Origin: Rhynchobatus australiae
Lineage: Eukaryota
Length of the DNA: 64,000 bases
Assembly: GCA_034780895.1 (NCBI GenBank)
Contig: JAUZTB010000002.1
Location: forward strand, 93,445,366 to 93,509,365
Reading direction: 5' to 3'
The notes under the pieces were generated by a model. That model was given only the letters and a program-made list of their open reading frames with translations. It was not told the origin of the DNA and ran no database searches. A program made the translations under genes and the position numbers. Within the stretch, counting starts at the first letter, position 1, and each line of letters begins with the position of its first letter. Below are positions 38,480-50,699 of this stretch, one piece after another.

Positions 38480-39240
38480 AAGAAGGCAATGGAATACTCT
38501 CCATTTACCTAAATACGTACAGCTCTAACAACCTCTAAAACTTTGGTGCTATCCAAAGCATCTCGATTGGCATGCCATCCACCACCCAAATTATTCACTT
38601 GTTTCAGCTCTAGAGTACCATGGCTCCAGTACATACTATTTGCAAAATGCATGGCAGTTACTAGCCTAGGGTACAATGACAGCATTTCCAAAATGCTATG
38701 GACAAGAAGCATATGAGGACACTATCAATTGCAAGCTTCCATCGATCTAATATACTCCAGCTGATACATTAGCATAGTTCTTTAGGTAATGGACTACAGG
38801 TAGAGTTCAAATCCCAGCATAGAAACTAAGAGATTTAAATTCAACTAAATAAATCTGGTATTTAAAAAAAAATACAAAAAATGCTACTGGATTGTTGTAG
38901 AAACCCATCTGTTTCACTGATGTCTATTAGGGAGAGAATTTGCTATTCACACATGATCCTGCTCCAGGCTCAACAATATGATTGATTCTTAGTTGCCTTC
39001 TCAGTTCAGGGACAATTAAAGCCAACAATAAATGCAGGCATTGCCAATGTCGTCCACATCTCACAAAAAAATAAAAATTCACACATCACCCTGACTTGAA
39101 AATGCATAATTCCTTGATCATTAATGTGTTTAAATCCTAAAATTCCTACTCCAGAGTGCAAAATGTATACCATCACCAGAAAGTCTGTAGTAGTTCAAAA
39201 TTTTCAAGGAATGCTGATCTTTTCAGTCATGCCCATGGCT
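38480..39240 (+). mobile_element. L2/CR1-group LINE 3' part with nested SINE
   Basis: atggaatactctccattt...tcgattggca; resumes at 39080 (acacatcaccctgacttgaaaat...gtagttcaa). Confidence 0.65.
38780..39065 (+). mobile_element. tRNA-derived SINE with tail shared with the L2/CR1-group LINE
   Basis: B-box-like gagttcaaatccc; body ctggattgttgtagaaacccatctgtttcactgatgtc; tail aataaatgcaggcattgccaatgtcgtccacatc. Confidence 0.7.
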
Positions 39241-39283
39241 GACTAAGTAAATACAGGTTTCAAATCAGCTACAGAAACTGCAT

Positions 39284-39436
39284 AGAGACACAAGGGAGTG
39301 CTTATGCTGGAATTTGGACCAACAATCAAGATTCTGGAGTCCAGATAAACGGTCTCGACCTCAAGCATCAACTGTCCATTTCCTTCCAAAGATACTGCCT
39401 GACCTGCTGAGTTCCTCCAGCATCTCATTTGTTGCA
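39284..39436. mobile_element. Head-to-head pLTR-derived element
   Basis: gagacacaagggagtgcttatgctggaatttgga (-) then ggtctcgacctcaagcatcaactg...ctgcctgacctgctgagttcctccagca (+). Confidence 0.7.
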
Positions 39437-39789
39437 GAAGGAACATACTTGGTAAATGTGGCAGAACTAGCAGAGTTCTCCTACACTAAGTGTGCTGTTT
39501 AATTATGCTGTAAATGTACTCATTAGTTAAATGAACATTAAAAAGAGTTCCTGGGGAGGAAGGGAGTACCTTGGATCCTATTATTGTTATTATTGCATTG
39601 AGAGGATCACAGTAATTATATGTGGTAGTTAAGTGTGTTTAATTTTGCATAATTTTAACACTCAGACATACCTAGCCAAAGGGGATGATTCATCAGTGAC
39701 CTTCATCAAGCACATTCCTGTCAACTGGCAATGGTGATAGCTCCAAACAACATGAGCTAAAGGCACAATCTAGGATTTAAACTGCTTTA

Positions 39790-40151
39790 CAGGAAGGGTA
39801 TGGATGCTTTGGAAAGGGTATGAAAGAGGTTTACCAGGACATGACCTAGATTAGAGACTATTAGCTACAAGGAAGTTGAACAAACTTGGATTGTTTACTC
39901 AAGTGTTGGAGGCTGAGAGCCAAGACTGCAAGGCAAGTTGTTTTTGTTTTACACAAAGTGGTAGGTGCCGGGAATGCGCTGTCAGGGGAGGTGGTGGAAG
40001 CAGATAAGAGGCATTTAGACAAGCACAGGTAGGGGATGGCGGGGTGCAGACCATGTGCAGGCAGATAGGATTAGTTTACATTGGCATCATGGTCAGCACA
40101 GATATCATCGGCTGAAGGCCTGTTCCTAAGCTGTACTGTTCTATATTCTAT
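39790..40151 (+). mobile_element. CR1 3' fragment with internal deletion
   Basis: acaggaagggtatggatgctttggaaagggt...ggctgaaggcctgttcctaagctgtactgttctatattcta. Confidence 0.9.
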
Positions 40152-41969
40152 ACCAATCAGAGATAAATCATAGAAAATGCAACATTAAACTGATAACCTG
40201 GGAATTCTGGCCATAGGAAATTATTAGGGTTTTACCTGCATTCAGCCAATTACTCCAAGAAATTAAGATAAATTAGGAAGAACCCATGACTATGCAAGTT
40301 AACTGGAAGGAATTTATCCATACATGAATAGCTTTTAGTCCATACCATGTCCTTAGAACCTATAATGGAAAATGTGTTGCAGAAATTAATATATAAATAA
40401 GCTACAGAACAGGCCTTTAATTGTTCTTATTCTATAACAACTCCACTGAGTTTAGAGAGCAAATTCAAAGCTAAAATTTATGGGTAAAATGGAATCACTT
40501 AAAGCTAGAAAATATAGATTAACTACAATTTAACTTCATTGCAAAAGGCCATTGCACAGAAACGGGGGGCCAATGGTTTAAATTGTTCTCCCTCTGCTTT
40601 ATAATACATGCCAGCCATATTTGTAGAGCAGCTGCTGCAAACAGCAGCTCGAAATTCTTGTCTTCCCAGGAATAGAACAAGCAGCAGTGTCAATGGAGAA
40701 AGCCTCAGTAAACATGTACCAGATTGGCCAAATAGAAAGTTATCCCACACAGCAGTCTTTTGAAGTCCGCTCTTGATTTTTGAAAAACAGGACAAGAACA
40801 CTTCAGGCATGTTTATTTTGGTCTCTGTTTTTGCAGCAGTAATCACATTACAAGAAAGGAATGGGAATAGAAGCTTTGTGTGCAACTGACAAAACTTACA
40901 TTGACAAATTGCAAATTCAGAGAAATTGGATACATATTAAAGTTGATCCAGATTTGGACTTTTCCTTTTAACACAATAGCTGCAAGTCTGTTCATTAAAG
41001 ACAAGGAACATGTAACTATTGCTGCTGTTATACTGCCTTAATGTCCCAAAGTCTCATAGGCGCAAATACTGAATGTGAAGTAAGGAATTTTAAAATGCAA
41101 TCAAGTCTGCTCACAATTCTGAAATACATAGACTCTGTATTTTACTCACTTCAGCAGTCAACAACTATCCAATGTGAACAAGCACAAGTAATGCACATGC
41201 TAGAAGTCAGAACCTATGGAGCAGATGAGCAAGGATAACTTAAATCCCCCAACTTGGAAGGACTTCATGCCTACTTGCTATTTCTCATCCAGTTACATAA
41301 GATATCAATCTTTATTCATGTTTGATCTTCAATTATATTTTACACCATTAACGGTATAGGTACAATTTTATATCTACCATCACAGCACATGTACTCCTTA
41401 CGAATCTTCAATTCCTCCAGCAGAAGTGACCCACTTGTTAACACATCAACTTAAAATTTCCACTTAATACTGGTTGTTGCTCCCTCACTAAATAAAGATC
41501 AATGTATAGCTCCTTCTCAAACCAAGTCTTGTGGTTGGTTGATAAGTTCACCACCATCTACTTTTACAGCTTTGTAAAACCAGAAATGTCTTGGATTCAA
41601 ATTTTAGGCTCTACAGAATCTATTTCTGGCAAAATTGCAGGTCTCATTTAACAATAGCAAATTTGCACTTTTCGGCACCTTTAAAATAGTAAAAGCATTT
41701 CATGGCTCCAAACAAAAAATTACATATGAAGATTGAAAAAAATTTTAATGTGAGAGATGTCACTAACATTATTGTGAAGATGTGTCTGCTAACAATAGTG
41801 AAATACATGGTATTAAGTTTCTTATTAATTCTAAATTGAGTAATCCATTTTCATATCATTGTAGGAAAATGCTGAATGTTTTGGAAGGAGGTATTTTGCA
41901 AGCTGAATCATCAATTACTAGTAGCAAGTGCATTTAAAAAAATACCAATAGCAGAGAACCTCACATGAC

Positions 41970-42342
41970 CTAGCCAGCTCCATCACAGGCACAACTCTCC
42001 CCACCATTGAGTACACCTTCAAGAGGCAGAGACTCAAGAAGGCAGCATCCATCACGAAGGACCCTCACCATCCAAGAAATGGCCTCTTCTCATTACCACC
42101 ATCAGGGAGGTGGCACAGGAGTCTGAAGACCCACACTCAACGATTCAGGAACAGCTTCTCCCTCCACCCGCCCCCCAAATCAGATTTCTGAACAGTCCAT
42201 GTACACTACTTCATTATTCCTCCCCACCACCACACTATTTATTTATTTTGTAATTTATGGTAATTTCCTGTCTTTGCACTACACTGCTGCCACAAAGCAA
42301 CAAATTTCACGACACATAAGTCAGTGATAATAAACCTGATTA
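41970..42342 (+). mobile_element. Rex1/Babar LINE 3' fragment
   Basis: ITGTTLPTIE..KKAASITKDPHHP..PPSGRW.RSLKTHTQRFRNSF; tail cagtgataataaacctgat. Confidence 0.9.
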
Positions 42343-42835
42343 TGCTCTTCGCTACTTTGACTAGCCAAGTTCTGGTTTCACTCACTGAATCAAAAGAAAG
42401 CCTGGTTCTCACTTGGTACCCATACTCAGTTTTCTATGACAATTATGCACTTCCTTACCCTACAACAGATTCATTTTAAATAGTATTTTAAAAATGCAGC
42501 TTTAATTCTTGAGTACTAAGCAGAATTCTATAGTTTTCAGTAAGATCTGTAAAAAGTATTTATGGACTTAATTGCAGCTTGTAAAATTAACTTTAATAAT
42601 TCATTTGATTGGAGAATTTAAATTTTTAAACTTGCATTGAATAACTTGATTCACTGTGGAACCAACACATTAAGTAGTATTCAATAATTCTCTACTATAA
42701 ACAAACATGTATTGAAAACCAAAAGAGACATTAATTCTTCTTATTCTCACCTACTCAACATTTGCAATAAATCTGGGTACAATTCAAAAATCGAATAACA
42801 GTAGGAAACAAAACAGGTTCATGTAACAGAAACTA

Positions 42836-43065
42836 CAATGGCATAGGTCAATAGAGCTGCTGCCTCACAGCTCCAATGACCCATGGTCAATTCTGACCTC
42901 CAGTGTCGTCTGTGTGAAGTTTGCACATTCCTCCGTGACATATGGGTTTCTCTGAGTGCTCTAGTTTCCTCCAACATTACAAAAGACATGTGGATTGGTA
43001 AATTAATTGGGCACTGTAAATTGTCCTTCATTGATGGGTGAGTGGCAGAAGTTGATGGAAATGTC
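42836..43065 (+). mobile_element. HE1-like V-SINE
   Basis: Head agagctgctgcctcacagctcc; V-domain tgtgtgaagtttgcacattcctccgtgacatatgggtttctctgagtgctctagtttcctcc. Confidence 0.85.
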
Positions 43066-43134
43066 TATGATGACGTATTTTCATAAGTATTCACCCCTCC
43101 TACTCTCCTTTCCTTAAGACATCGAGCACCTGTC

Positions 43135-43468
43135 AGAATCATACAGCATGGAATCAAGCCCTGCAGCCCACTTAGTACATGTTGACCATTTACACAAATT
43201 TACACAAGTTCCATTTTATTATTCCCACATTCTCATCAACTCTTCCCAGATTCTATCATGCACCTATACATTATGGGCAATTTACAGTGGCCAATTAACC
43301 TACCAACTGGCAAATCTTTGAAATGCAGGAGGAAACTGAAGCACCCACTGAAACCCGCGCAACCACATGGAGAACGAGCAAACTCCACACAGAGATTACT
43401 GGAGATCTGCATCGAACCCAGGTTGCTGGAGCTGTGCGGCAGCAGATCTACTAGCTGCACAAATGCCA
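43135..43468 (-). mobile_element. HE1-like V-SINE, near full length, CR1-type tail
   Basis: ggaggaaactgaagcaccc...gagcaaactccacacag...atcgaacccaggttgctggagctgtg; tail agaatcatacagcatgga. Confidence 0.88.
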
Positions 43469-43703
43469 ACCAGATATACTGTAACACAGGCCTCTAGACT
43501 CCAATCATACATCATTTCACCCAAATGACCATGTGTGAACTTTGAAGAGTCTTGGCAGATATGGATAACAAATAATGTTACAGCCAAGTCTGCCCAGACA
43601 TATATTCTTCAAACACAGCATAAATGATCAGAGAATGAATGCTAACCTAACTTCAGTACACTTGAAACCTTTTCCTTTCCCAAATATGAACATGCAACTT
43701 TAC

Positions 43704-43762
43704 CTTCTCCTCCTGAATGACTCAAACACAGCTGATGTGGAGCAGGAATCTGAACAACTTAA
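43704..43762 (-). CDS. Probable internal exon (59 nt, phase 0-2)
   Basis: cccctgtgtttctgcatag|TTA...AAG|gtaaag; LSCSDSCSTSAVFESFRRR; supplies exactly the phase needed between exons 50006-50046 and 29319-29442. Confidence 0.5.
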
Positions 43763-45469
43763 CTATGCAGAAACACAGGGGTGCTTTAGCTGAATAATCA
43801 TCCTTTAATGGAGGAGCAAGAACAAAGAAGCTGCTTTTTGGCAACAACATGGTAGAGTTTAGTCCGCATCCATCTTCATCTTCACATGGGAGGTGGTACA
43901 GAGGGCATGATACACCAAAGTTTAAGAAGAACGCGTGAAAAGCCTGGCAAGTAAATAGAAGATTGAAGCTCAAAATAATAAAGTGGTGACTGTTATTTCA
44001 GCTGCAGAGGCATCATCAGGCCATGAAATAGGTGAGATGTAGCAGTCTTGCTGAGTTAGGGTCAAACAGTTAGAAAAACCGTAGCCGCTGGCAAAACTTG
44101 GAATTCCAAACCAACACAAGACCAATTATATTTAGTGTTTCCATTGTCAGTCTAGAAAGGCCTTTGGGAAACCACTATCGGAATGACTGGAAGCCACTCC
44201 TCCTCAAAGGTGAATCTGTTTTTAGAAACGCCTACAAATATTAGCAGCTTATTCAATCTGTGCATCTGACCTCAACTCCAAGACTTAGTCAAGGAACCAC
44301 CATCATTAACCTGGGGACAAGATCCACTCTGTGGCACTTCCAACAGCAAACCAGGCCCAAAGTTCAGCATTTTGGAATATTAAAGGAAAGAATAAAGCCA
44401 TTTCATCAAATCAGATCTGCAACATTGCTCTCATTACTTGAGCTACCTAGTCTAATATCACAGTAATTCTTCCTTACAATNNNNNNNNNNNNNNNNNNNN
44501 NNNNNNNNNNNNNNNNNNNNNNNNNNNNNNNNNNNNNNNNNNNNNNNNNNNNNNNNNNNNNNNNNNNNNNNNNNNNNNNNTTCTTACTTACAATAATCTA
44601 TAAAAACATTTTTTTCATTCCCTTTTAAAGGATTTACCAACTTATTTTCAACATACCATTGCAACTGACAACAAAATGAAACAAATCTATGAAAAAATGA
44701 AGACTTTGGTAATTACTAATTTTTATTTCATAAAATACATTCCCATCCAATACTGCACCTAAAACCACAGTGCAGCAATAACCTACATTTAGGATTGAAT
44801 AAATTATACTCCGCACAGCATTAACCTACATTTCTATTTGCATCACTGTCCTAATTCTCCCGGTTCAAACAACCTCTCCCATCTGTCCAACACACTGTAC
44901 ACCAAATATACAAAGCAGATGGAACTCTGCATGAATTTTGCTAAAGAACGTCAGGGCAAGGTCTGGCAATGGCCCAAATAACCAACTGATCATGGGGTTT
45001 CACAATTATGAACAGCATTTTTGCCTTCTTATAACCTTCACTGGAATACAATTTGTCAGATGAGACTGTATCTCATCATTCTTCACATGCTAAATGCTTT
45101 CTTTGCTGGCCTTTAAAAACTTTGATTTATCAAGCACTATACCATCTCCATGTGAAGGCTGACAGGGAGTTCCACCACACCCATTTATCACAATGCAGAT
45201 TCAAGATAATCTTATAATACTCCACCCTGAAAATCTTTTTAAGCTTTTGTTTCAGACCACATTCTCCATTTCTCTGCATTGGGACAGCTTCTTTATCCTT
45301 GATCCACCATTAGAGGTGGATGTTCAACAGTTTTCCATGGCTATCATTCCAACAGTTCACTGGATAGAGATTATCAGCAGGTATTACTGGCCTAATTAAA
45401 GATAAAAAATTGCTGAGATTCAATAACCAGTAGCACTGGGTAGCAGTGGAATTATAAGGGAATCATCTG

Positions 45470-45592
45470 TACAAAGGCTCTTCAACCCATAACAATAAGT
45501 CTGATACTCTTCCCACAGATGTGGCTTGACCTGCTGAGTATTTCCAGCAGTTTCTGTTTTTATTTTAGATTTCCAGTACCTGCAGTTTTTCA
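45470..45592 (+). mobile_element. pLTR-derived fragment
   Basis: cccacagatgtggcttgacctgctgagtatttccagcagtttctgtttttattttagatttccag. Confidence 0.7.
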
Positions 45593-45799
45593 CNNNNNNN
45601 NNNNNNNNNNNNNNNNNNNNNNNNNNNNNNNNNNNNNNNNNNNNNNNNNNNNNNNNNNNNNNNNNNNNNNNNNNNNNNNNNNNNNNNNNNNNNCATTGAC
45701 CTATTTTTTCACCCCATTTTCAAACATAAAATCAAGTCTAAGCCAGCTCATACTAGTTAAGGATACGAGTTCCAGGTGGCCCAACTTCGGGAACTTTGT

Positions 45800-46200
45800 T
45801 GTTGGCAAGACAGCATTTATTGGCCATTCCTGATTATCCTTAACAAGGTGGCGGTAAACCACCACACAAACAACTGCAGAACCTGGTGAAGATGGTCCCA
45901 GTGTTATCAGAAAGGAAGTTTGAGGATTTAAACCCGGAGCTGATGATAAAACTGTCCTAAATTCAAGGAAGGCTAACTTCAATGGCATCAGCCAGGGACT
46001 CTCAAAAGTTGATTGGGGGAGAATGTTTGCAAGTAAAAGGCATGTCTGGCAAGTGAGAGGTTTTTAAAAGCAAGTTAACAAGAGTTCAGGGCCTGCATTT
46101 TCCTGCTAGAGTGAAGGCAACATTGGCAAGATAAGGGAAACTTAGGTTGGTGAGGGAATTGAGGGTTTGGTCAGGAAAAAGGAGACACTTGTCAGGTTAA
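45800..46200. mobile_element. Adjacent LINE fragments (L2/CR1-group tail on -, CR1 internal piece on +)
   Basis: ggcaagacagcatttattggccattcc tail; then aaggaaggctaacttcaatggcat...gttgattggg (KANFNG..VDW). Confidence 0.6.
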
Positions 46201-46699
46201 AGCATTATTACTTAACATATACAAGCAAAGCATTGCAAATGTTGGAAATATGAAATACAAATAGAAACTGCTGGAAATACTCAGAGGATTTACTCAGTGG
46301 AAATACTCTGTGAAAAGAGAAAGTAGTTCACATTTCCGATCAATGACGACAGCTAATAACTTTCAGCATTCTGTTTTTATTACAGATTCATTATTAATTC
46401 TTATTCTTAGTTCATAACCCAGGCAATACATTCCAAAAGTTTTATTTACTTGCTTCACAGCTTGAGCATTGAACAATTTCAATTATCTATTCTATTGAAT
46501 CCTTCAATCCCCTTCTTGCCATTACTTCAGCACACTTAATTGGATGGACAAACACGCACATTCTTAATATCATACAGACATATGGATGAGCGGCAATAAC
46601 CTGTTGGATAATTTTTCTATCAATTATTAGCAGTTGGGTCCATCCCTCACTCCTCTGGTCATGTCCCAATCCACAGGTTTAAGATCACTCATTATGTGT

Positions 46700-46912
46700 A
46701 TTAATTATATGCCACTACTGTAACTCTTCAACCTCCTGCGTATCAAGTATTTACCAGTGCCTTAAAAAATTTCACACTTTGGAATTCTTCCAAAACAGAT
46801 GGAGGAAGCAAAAACTTCTGTCCCTCTAAAAGGGAAAATTTATCAGTTTTAAATGGAAGACCCCTAAATTTTAAACAGTGACCCCCCCCTTGTTCTGTCC
46901 TNNNNNNNNNNG

Positions 46913-46960
<48 letters not shown>

Positions 46961-47512
46961 CGTTTGTGCTTGAACACTGTAACCATTGTCTACTGCTTCC
47001 CTACCAGTCACCCCCACCGAGCTTGGCCTCATCCAGCTCCACACCTACCCATTTTCTCAGCCCCTGTCCCTGGCTGTATACCTAGCCGCATTCCCAACCA
47101 TTTGCACATTGGCGTCATTCCCAACCTCTGACTCAGACCACATTCTGGGTCCATGTTCCTGAGCCCCCCCCCCAGTTCTGGCTTTTCTCCCCTTAGAAGA
47201 GGAAACATCTTCGTCACATTCACCCCGTCAGGACTCAAGACCTTACACATTTCAGTCCAGTTCACTTTCACTTCTCTCGACTCAAACTGGACAAAAGCCC
47301 AGCCTGTTCAATCTTTTCTCACAAGACAACCCACAAGTTCCAGATATTAATCTAGTAAACTTCCCCTGAACTGCTACCAATGCATTAACCACCTTAAATA
47401 AAGAGACCAATATTGTATACACTGTAGTTGAGATGGAGTTTCACTAAAATAAAGAAGGCATAATCTCCCTACTTTTGTATTCAATTCCCCCGACTATTAA
47501 TTATAGCATTGT
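46700..47512 (-). mobile_element. CR1 3' fragment interrupted by a CA repeat and a GC-rich insert
   Basis: aacttctgtccctc...ttttaaatggaagaccccta; resumes gaggaaacatcttc...ctccctacttttgtattcaattcccc. Confidence 0.75.
46915..46956. repeat. (CA)21 microsatellite
   Basis: Perfect dinucleotide run next to a 10-N gap. Confidence 0.97.
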
Positions 47513-47549
47513 TAAATTTCAAACAATACAAATGACTAGTTAATCTAGT

Positions 47550-47835
47550 TTCAACAATGCTGATGGGGAAATATTGATAAGGATAACACATTATTTGCCT
47601 GGTGTTCAAATAATACTATAAATCCACTTGAACGGATACAAATGACTTTCAGTTAGCAATTCATCTGAAAGATACAGCTCTAAACATGCAAGATTCCTTA
47701 GTATTGAAACGATGTGTGCAAGCAGATTATATGCAGTCACATTTAAATCTACATCCTTTCGACTCCAGAAAGGAGCAGATTATATGCAGTCACATTTAAA
47801 TCTACATCCTTTCGGCAACTGCTACCAGAGACCAA
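47550..47835 (-). mobile_element. Deu-domain SINE remnant with internal 41-nt duplication
   Basis: ttcatctgaaagatacagctc...gattccttagtattgaa; agcagattatatgcagtcacatttaaatctacatcctttcg occurs at 47721 and 47774. Confidence 0.5.
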
Positions 47836-47864
47836 CTCATAAAACAAAACTATCTTGTGTAATT

Positions 47865-48985
47865 ATTCCTCTTCCCACCCTGCTTCCTTTAAGGACCATT
47901 CCAGTTTCTCCATCTCCACTGCNNNNNNNNNNNNNNNNNNNNNNNNNNNNNNNNNNNNNNNNNNNNNNNNNNNNNNNNNNNNNNNNNNNNNNNNNNNNNN
48001 NNNNNNNNNNNNNNNNNNNNNNACCATTCCAGTTTCTCCATCTCCACTGCATCTCTTCAGATGGGAGTCTCCATCCCAGTGCTTCTGAAATGCTGTCATT
48101 GTTCTTAACTCTGACTTCCCATAGTTGACAGAGCTCTCAAATGTATCTCCTCCATTTCCAACACCAGCTCTCAACCCCTTCTCGTCCAAACCAGAGCAAG
48201 AATAGGATTCCCCTTGTCCTCACATTCCATTCCACCAGCCTTCACATTCAACCAGATAATTCGCCATAAAATTTCTGCAATCTTCAATGAGATTCTATCA
48301 CCAGACACATCTTCCCCTCCCCTTTCAGCATACGAAAGACACTTTTCCCTCAACTACCCCTAATTCACTCTTTCGTAGCCAACAATCACTGCCCTTTGCA
48401 TGCAACTGCTGAAGACCAAAAATTGCCCTTTTACTTTTCACAATCCAGGGTCCCAGGCAGTACTTCCTAGTGAAATGGGAATTTGCTTGCACCTTCCAAT
48501 TTATGGCACTACATGGCATGATCTCCTCTATATTGAGAGAACTAAATGCAAATTGGTTAAGCACTTTGCAGAACACCTAGATTAAATCTGCAAGGATAAG
48601 ATTGAGTTTCCATTTGCCTGTCATTTTAATTCTCCATTCCACTCCCGGTCTAACCTCTATCTTTGGCATGCAAGGTTCCAACAAAGTCCAAGGTAGCCCT
48701 TGGGACTCCCTTGAATTCAATTTTAGATAGCCAGCCATTCCTGTTTATGTCAGTTTCATTACAAAGTTTTGTATCTGTAATATTAACTAGCTTCTTCTTT
48801 CTCCATACTCGGACTCCTCTCTACAACTTAAAACACACTTGTTTTCTCACTTCTCTGTTCTGAAGATCATCAAACTGAAATATTTAGGAGACTTAAAAAA
48901 ATGTTAGGTATGGCCTGACCAGCTAAATATATCCAGCATTTTTTTTTAATTTCAGACTTCCAGCATTAGTGGTTTTTGGTTTTCA
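47865..48985 (+). mobile_element. Second, more degenerate Penelope-like element
   Basis: Collinear with 16260-17400: cccaccctgcttcc, ccccttgtcctcacattccat (PLVLTFH), ctcctctatattgagagaactaaa (LLYI.xTK), cattttaattctcc (HFNS), then pLTR. Confidence 0.85.
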
Positions 48986-49034
48986 ATAATTCATAACAGT
49001 TAATCACATGGGATCAAGAGCATTGCGTAAAATC

Positions 49035-49218
49035 CACCTCAACTACTTCAACTGGACTTTGTCTACTTGTACTGCACTCTCTGTATCTACAACACTATAA
49101 TTCTACATTGTCTTCTTTTTTTACTACCTCAAATTATGTAAGGCATGATCTGTCTGGATGGCACGCGAAACAAAAGCTTTTCAGTTATCTCGGTACGTGA
49201 CAATAATAAACCATAACC
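49035..49218 (+). mobile_element. Rex1/Babar-type 3' UTR fragment
   Basis: gatctgtctggatggcacgcgaaacaaaagcttttcagttatctcggtacgtgacaataataaac; similar tails at 4835-4877 and 62545-62740. Confidence 0.7.
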
Positions 49219-49599
49219 ACAAATTTATACAAATTTGTAATACCCTAAAGAAAATCAAAAACTGCTAAGGCATAACCTGCCCCTACTAATTTCATTAAAA
49301 CCATGAGCAACAGATGCAATGCATTATATTCTCTAGCGCTTTCCAACTTAATCAGGCATTGTCCTTCTATTTGATAGCTTATATTATTCCTTCAAAAACA
49401 ATTAATGTATTTATCCAATAATAGAGGTATGTACTTTACAGGTTAATCACTGACTTATTTAAAAGTCACCTTTCCTAGCTTCCAATCCATTGAAATACTC
49501 AAATATGTGTGAAGATCAGTGAAGTGAGGAAATTCTTGATCTTTGAAACCAATATCCAGCAATGAAGATAGAAACTAATAACCAGTGGTCTTGTTTACC

Positions 49600-49900
49600 T
49601 TTGATATCTCTAGTATGCCTTTTGTGATACTGTTTCCAGACTGCCCTATTCTCTGCTATACTCTTTCAACTTTGGAACCTCTGCCTCCTTTCTCAGCAAT
49701 CACATAGGATTGATGTAGTTATTCCAGCTCTTCCTATTGCAGTCATCTCCAACCGTAACTTGTCCCGTCCCCTATTCCTTTGCCTTCCACTGTAGTCTTC
49801 AATGCCCTGTCCGTTGGACATTTGCAACTAATTCCCCACCTCCTCCATTTGTGCTTCATGTTGCTCTGCTTGATTGTGCAGTTCTTTCTATCCTACACTT
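49600..49900 (-). mobile_element. Very degenerate RTE-like 3' end
   Basis: Minus strand LKTTVEGK..RGR and AENRAVWK remnants, typical of RTE C-termini. Confidence 0.4.
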
Positions 49901-50005
49901 TTCAATGATAATTTGTACTCAATGTCTTAATTTACTACTTCAGTTTGACCAAATGTTTGCTCTATCAGTAAGGTCTCGACTTGCAATTTTAAAATTACTT
50001 TATAC

Positions 50006-50046
50006 CTCATTAGCAATGTCCTCACGAAGACTCAAAGAAAAAAAAT
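50006..50046 (-). CDS. Internal exon (41 nt, phase 1-0)
   Basis: ttctatattttgtgtggctgttag|AT...GAG|gtataa; (D)FFSLSLREDIANE. Confidence 0.65.
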
Positions 50047-50498
50047 CTAACAGCCACACAAAATATAGAAAATGATGGAATCAAGGAAATCTATCAAAAA
50101 TCAAGTGCAATATGCAAGGAACAAATTTTGGAGCTCATTTTGCANNNNNNNNNNNNNNNNNNNNNNNNNNNNNNNNNNNNNNNNNNNNNNNNNNNNNNNN
50201 NNNNNNNNNNNNNNNNNNNNNNNNNNNNNNNNNNNNNNNNNNNNGGGAATATGGTNNNNNNNNNNNNNNNNNNNNNNNNNNNNNNNNNNNNNNNNNNNNN
50301 NNNNNNNNNNNNNNNNNNNNNNNNNNNNNNNNNNNNNNNNNNNNNNNNNNNNNNNNNNNNNNNNNNNNNNNNNNNNNNNNNNNNNNNNNNNNNNNNNNNN
50401 NNNNNNNNNNNNNNNNNNNNNNNNNNNNNNNNNNNNNNNNNNNNNNNNNNNNNNNNNNNNNNNNNNNCTGATTGGAAGATTACTCCAGAAATACTAAC

Positions 50499-50547
50499 CT
50501 CTCTCTTTCAGATTTTGATTAACACGCTGAACATTTCCTGTTATTGT
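50499..50547 (-). CDS. Internal exon (49 nt, phase 0-1)
   Basis: ttgaccttgtgtgtgtcag|ACA...GAG|gttagt; the only open frame is TITGNVQRVNQNLKER. Confidence 0.65.
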
Positions 50548-50699
50548 CTGACACACACAAGGTCAATAACTTTTTCTTGTGGCACTATTACAATCATGCA
50601 CAAGCTTAGGGAATGTGTATTTAGGGAATAGAATTTAACATATAACCTTTGAAATAAGTCCTGTAAATGTTGCTCAGTTGATAATAAAAAAAAATGCAT

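Noticed and set aside
41402-41449. Minus-strand exon candidate DVLTSGSLLLEELKI (phase 1-1)
   Set aside because: Weak acceptor, and the phase does not fit the best-supported chain without extra assumptions
49599-49646. Minus-strand exon ending AAG|gtaaac
   Set aside because: No pyrimidine tract at the acceptor; the region looks like a decayed RTE 3' end
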